From Candidatus Saccharimonadota bacterium (lineage in GTDB: Bacteria; Patescibacteriota; Saccharimonadia; Saccharimonadales; AWTP1-31), in the NCBI GenBank assembly GCA_026395435.1, contig JAPLYT010000003.1, forward strand, positions 68,024 to 132,023: 64,000 nt of DNA, given 5' to 3'. The notes beneath the pieces were generated by a model. The model did not search any database and had not been told where the DNA came from. It saw nothing but the letters and a program-made list of their open reading frames with translations. A program made the position numbers and the translations under genes. Position 1 is the first letter of the stretch, and each line of letters begins with the position of its first letter. Shown here in pieces: positions 60,203-64,000 of the stretch.

Positions 60203-62755
60203 CTAACTCAGTCTTTTGAGTTCATCTTCTAAAGTTTCGAGTACAGCTTTTGCATCGCTCAATGACTGTTTCGTGTCGTCGACAATCTTTTGTGGCGCAT
60301 GATCGACGTAACTCTTATTGGACAATCGAGCTTCAAAGTTAGCGATAAGCTTGATTTGTTCTTGTTGTCTCTCTACTAGTTTTTTCGAGTACGAGGTAAG
60401 CACTTCGTCGGGGATATCGAGCCAGACATGTTGCTTGGCAGAGGTTAATTTTAGTCCCCTCCCCTGGTCTGTTAGCGCGATGCTCCCTGTTCGGGCTAGG
60501 TTGGTGATCAGGTCGGCATTGTCTTCGATAGTTGCTGACTGATGAATGATATTTGGCTTCGATAGATTCATTGCTTTCGATAGCTGGCGAATTTCGGTAA
60601 TGATATACGTCAGATCTTCGAATTTCTTGGCTTTTGGCTTCGAGGCATCAGGGATGGTTGGCCAAGGAGAGATGATAAGCAGTTCATCGCTCCAGGCGAG
60701 TTCTTGCCAGATAGCTTCGGTGATGAACGGCGCAAACGGATGACACAGTTTGAGGATACTCGATAAGCTGAATTTGAGGATACTGAGGTTGGGGCTAATC
60801 TTGGAAGCTTCGAGGTACCAACTGGCAAAGTCATCCCAAACAAAGTGATACAGTGTATCGTAGGCTTCACTGAGTCGCATATTATCTAAATCTTTAGTCA
60901 CCACCTCTGTTGTATGTTGTAGCTTAGACAACAGCCAGTGATCGGCGTCGCTGATGGGGTTTGGTTCGCTGGACGCGAGATCATCTTCGATTTTTTCTTG
61001 GACGAAGCGAGCAATATTCCATAATTTGTTGCAGAAGTTTCGAGCCCCAACTACTTTTGATTCATCATATGGTCGGTTATTCCCGGCTGATTCTCCGGAG
61101 ATAATTCCCATCCGGAAGGCATCAGAACCAAATTTGAGCACTTTGTCGATCGGGTTTACCACGTTGCCCTTACTCTTACTCATTTTCTGGCCATGTTCAT
61201 CTTGAATGAGGCCATGAAGGTAGACGGTTTCAAACGGAATTGCCCCAGTGTTGTACAGGCCTAACATGATCATTCGACTCACCCACGGATACAGGATATC
61301 GGCTCCGGTCTCCATGACGCTCACCGGGTAGAATGTGGCGAAATCTTTGCCATCAGGGTAATCAAGCGTGGCATACGGCCATGAGCTGCTACTAAACCAG
61401 GTGTCAAACACATCGGGGTCGCGATGATAGACGACGCCATCCACGGTGATTGATTCTTTGGTGACACGTTCATCAAAAATCCACTTGGAAGCATCTTGGC
61501 TACTCTGAAATGCAGGGATTGGTATGCCCCAGGCGATCTGACGACTAATGTTCCAATCGCGCAGCCCCTCCAGGTAGGTGATCAGCTGCTTTTTCTTGAC
61601 CGTCGGATGGAAAGAAATTTCATTGGTTTTAAGCGTTTTAATAGCTTCTTTAGCGAGTGGCGTCGTGTCGATAAACCACTGTTCACGAAGCAATGGTTCG
61701 ATGACGGTACCGCACTTATAGCAGTGGCCGACGTTATGGACGATCTCTTCCCTTCTCTCGAGTAGATTTTGAGCGATGAGGACATTCACGACCTTTTCAC
61801 GAGCGGATACGACATCAAGCCCGATGAACTCTTCGGGAGCTTCGTGGGTGATGAGCCCGTCATGGCCGATTATGCTGATTCGCGGGAGATCATGACGCTC
61901 AGACATATCATAGTCGTTCTGATCGTGAGCAGGGGTGATCTTGACGGCACCGGTACCGAATTTCATATCCACAAAGTCATCAGCGATAATCGGAATATCT
62001 CGATTTGACAGAGGTAGACGAACCGTTTTACCTACAAATGTAGCGTAGCGTTTGTCTTTTGGATGAACCGCCACTGCCACATCGCCGAGCATCGTTTCAG
62101 GGCGGGTTGTAGCTACTACCACTTCCCCGCTGCCATCACTGAGTGGATAGCGAATGTGCCATAAATGGCCCTTCGACTCCTTATGAGACACCTCAATATC
62201 AGCAAAACCGGTACCGTGATAGGTACAAAAGTTAACTAGTTTCTGCGCACGGTAAATGAGTCCATCATCCCACATCTTTTTGAAGCTGGAATAGGCTTGT
62301 TTGACGATCTTTTTATCGAGCGTGTAGGTGTAACGGGTCCAATCGACACTGGCCCCAAGTTGTCGGAATTGCGTCTCATAGTTATCTTTATTTTGCGCTA
62401 CAAAATCCCAAATTTGGGAATATAACTCTTCTCGTGTGAAGTCGAACCTACTCTTCCCTTGCGCGGCCAAGTGTTTTTCGTACACTACCCAGGTCTCGAA
62501 ACCAGCATGATCGGCGCCTGGAAGCAGAAGCGACGCCTCCCCTTTCATGCGGTGGTATCGGACGGCGATGTCTTCGACAGCAAAGCCTAGACCATGACCA
62601 ATATGGAGGTTGCCATTGGCATTCGGAGGAGGAATGACGATGCTAAAAGATTTTTTACTACCCCTGTTTTTGGGAGTAAATGTATGATTATTCTCCCACA
62701 GTTCGTAGATCTTAGTTTCATGGTCCGATGGAGTATATGTCTTGGATAGATTCAT
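60203..62755 (-). CDS. valS: Valine--tRNA ligase
   Basis: HIGH motif PPNANGNLHIGHG, KMSKS motif GQKMSKSKGN, C-terminal coiled coil. ATG 62755 preferred; the track's alternative GTG start is at 62770. Confidence 0.93.
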   Translation of the reverse strand: MNLSKTYTPSDHETKIYELWENNHTFTPKNRGSKKSFSIVIPPPNANGNLHIGHGLGFAVEDIAVRYHRMKGEASLLLPGADHAGFETWVVYEKHLAAQGKSRFDFTREELYSQIWDFVAQNKDNYETQFRQLGASVDWTRYTYTLDKKIVKQAYSSFKKMWDDGLIYRAQKLVNFCTYHGTGFADIEVSHKESKGHLWHIRYPLSDGSGEVVVATTRPETMLGDVAVAVHPKDKRYATFVGKTVRLPLSNRDIPIIADDFVDMKFGTGAVKITPAHDQNDYDMSERHDLPRISIIGHDGLITHEAPEEFIGLDVVSAREKVVNVLIAQNLLERREEIVHNVGHCYKCGTVIEPLLREQWFIDTTPLAKEAIKTLKTNEISFHPTVKKKQLITYLEGLRDWNISRQIAWGIPIPAFQSSQDASKWIFDERVTKESITVDGVVYHRDPDVFDTWFSSSSWPYATLDYPDGKDFATFYPVSVMETGADILYPWVSRMIMLGLYNTGAIPFETVYLHGLIQDEHGQKMSKSKGNVVNPIDKVLKFGSDAFRMGIISGESAGNNRPYDESKVVGARNFCNKLWNIARFVQEKIEDDLASSEPNPISDADHWLLSKLQHTTEVVTKDLDNMRLSEAYDTLYHFVWDDFASWYLEASKISPNLSILKFSLSSILKLCHPFAPFITEAIWQELAWSDELLIISPWPTIPDASKPKAKKFEDLTYIITEIRQLSKAMNLSKPNIIHQSATIEDNADLITNLARTGSIALTDQGRGLKLTSAKQHVWLDIPDEVLTSYSKKLVERQQEQIKLIANFEARLSNKSYVDHAPQKIVDDTKQSLSDAKAVLETLEDELKRLS

Positions 62756-63099
62756 GTTGCCTAGGTACACCTGTCTTGTTTTATCAATTTATGTGACGCC
62801 AACTCATTACAAATACATAGTATCACCTCTGTTGGGTAACGCGCAATACGATGTTATTCCACGTGGAAAACATGAGCAATATAAACCAGCACTTTGTTCG
62901 CAAAGTGTTCGTACATGGTGCCCAAATGGTGTTAGTAGGATTGTGTGTAGTCTCACTGGTTTTGCAAGACTACACAAATGTTTGTTTTCAGATCTACCAT
63001 ACACCCATACAAACATAAGCGTCAATATTGACAATTAAATAACTATATATCAAAAGAATTGGCGGATTTTTAACATTGCTAGGGAAATACTAAAAGTGG

Positions 63100-64000
63100 T
63101 TACATCGAAAGGTTAGGGTTGATGTCGAGCGTGTATGGGTCGGCCGTGGGCTGGTCATGCTTCATTTTATAGCAGCCAAGTGTGGCGATCATGGCGCCAT
63201 TGTCGGTGCAGAGCTTTGGATCGGCGTATTTGATGTCGATGGGAAGGCGATCGCTGAGTTGGCGGCGTAATTCTGGGCTTGCCGCCACGCCGCCTCCAAT
63301 AACCACCGAAGCAGGGGAGAACTCTTCAAAAGCTCTGACGGTTTTATCAACGACAGTTTCTATGGCTACACGCTGGAAACTAGCAGCCACATCGGCCTTC
63401 TGGGCTTCACTCAATAGCTCTGCAAGCTTAAAGGAAGGGAAGTCGTGACTTTTCCCGCAAAGTTGCTGAACGGTGCGCAGAACGGCTGTTTTGGGGCCAG
63501 AGAATGAGTAGTTATATGGATCTTTGAGCTTGGCTTTGGGAAATTCAAATGCATGAGGATCTCCACGCTTAGCCATGTTGGCAATACTGGGGCCACCAGG
63601 GTAGGGGAGACCAAGAACTTTGGCGACTTTGTCGAATGCTTCACCAATAGCATCATCAAGTGTTTGCCCGAGCAGTGTATAGTCGAAATGATCGCGAAAT
63701 AGTACCAATTGACTATGACCACCGCTGACAATTAAGGCTAAAAGCGGGAATTTCGGCTCGTTGGCGGGGAATTTCAAGCTCGCTGTAATTGCTGGGGAAC
63801 CGGAAGTAATAAAGTTGGCATAGACATGCCCTTCGACGTGGTTGATGGCATAGAGGGGTTTGCTGCGACTGATGGCCAACGTTCTTGCAGTCGTTACGCC
63901 CACCAACAGGCAGCCACCTAATCCGGCACCGTACGTAACGGCAATTCCATCGATATCTTCCCAGAGTTCATCCATACTTGGTTTAATAGAAGTTCCTGCA
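63100..64000 (-). CDS. tsaD: tRNA N6-adenosine threonylcarbamoyltransferase TsaD (Kae1/Gcp family), N-terminus beyond the window
   Basis: IAVTYGAGLGGCLLVG, NHVEGHV, SGGHSQL and GGVAAS motifs. The reading frame stays open upstream of the track's Met, through position 64000. Confidence 0.88.
   Translation of the reverse strand, partial: AGTSIKPSMDELWEDIDGIAVTYGAGLGGCLLVGVTTARTLAISRSKPLYAINHVEGHVYANFITSGSPAITASLKFPANEPKFPLLALIVSGGHSQLVLFRDHFDYTLLGQTLDDAIGEAFDKVAKVLGLPYPGGPSIANMAKRGDPHAFEFPKAKLKDPYNYSFSGPKTAVLRTVQQLCGKSHDFPSFKLAELLSEAQKADVAASFQRVAIETVVDKTVRAFEEFSPASVVIGGGVAASPELRRQLSDRLPIDIKYADPKLCTDNGAMIATLGCYKMKHDQPTADPYTLDINPNLSM

Overview
All calls were made by eye from the sequence and the ORF track; no homology search, RNA folding or statistics were run.

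The window looks like the chromosomal origin region of a small, gene-dense, monoderm-type bacterium. The gene content suggests a Patescibacteria/CPR (Saccharibacteria-like) genome, but that is an inference, not a demonstrated placement.

1. **Positions 1-30.7 kb: cell-surface glycan locus.**
   - Nine glycosyltransferases.
   - Nucleotide-sugar modules for GDP-mannose, GDP-6-deoxyhexose (gmd plus an rmd-like reductase) and UDP-GlcA/UDP-xylose.
   - A Wzm/Wzt ABC exporter in which Wzt carries an extra C-terminal domain.
   - Two methyltransferases, a Wzx-like flippase, an O-antigen-ligase-like protein and a large GT-C-like membrane protein.

2. **Positions 30.7-37.6 kb: classical origin cluster.**
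   - jag-yidC-rnpA ... rpmH on the minus strand and dnaA-dnaN-recF on the plus strand.
   - DnaA-box clusters lie on both sides of dnaA.
   - A Phd/YefM-VapC toxin-antitoxin pair sits between rpmH and rnpA.

3. **Positions 37.6-52.6 kb: the most interesting part.**
   - An eight-gene minus-strand operon encodes a minimal Gram-positive-style type IV secretion-like apparatus: a VirB6-like giant, a PrgI/VirB3-like protein, a VirB4 ATPase, large orphan proteins, and M15 and NlpC/P60 wall hydrolases.
   - It is divergently paired with six tandem VirB2/TrbC-like pilin paralogs.
   - No relaxase, coupling protein or integrase is present in the window.

4. **Positions 52.7-64 kb: housekeeping genes and a tRNA island.**
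   - Housekeeping genes: hsp20, comF, HIT, a sigma factor, valS and partial tsaD.
   - The tRNA island holds three tRNA-Ser and one tRNA-Arg.
   - The island is littered with tRNA-like fragments and a ~57-nt hairpin repeat present in inverted orientation.

No CRISPR array, rRNA, transposase or integrase was seen.
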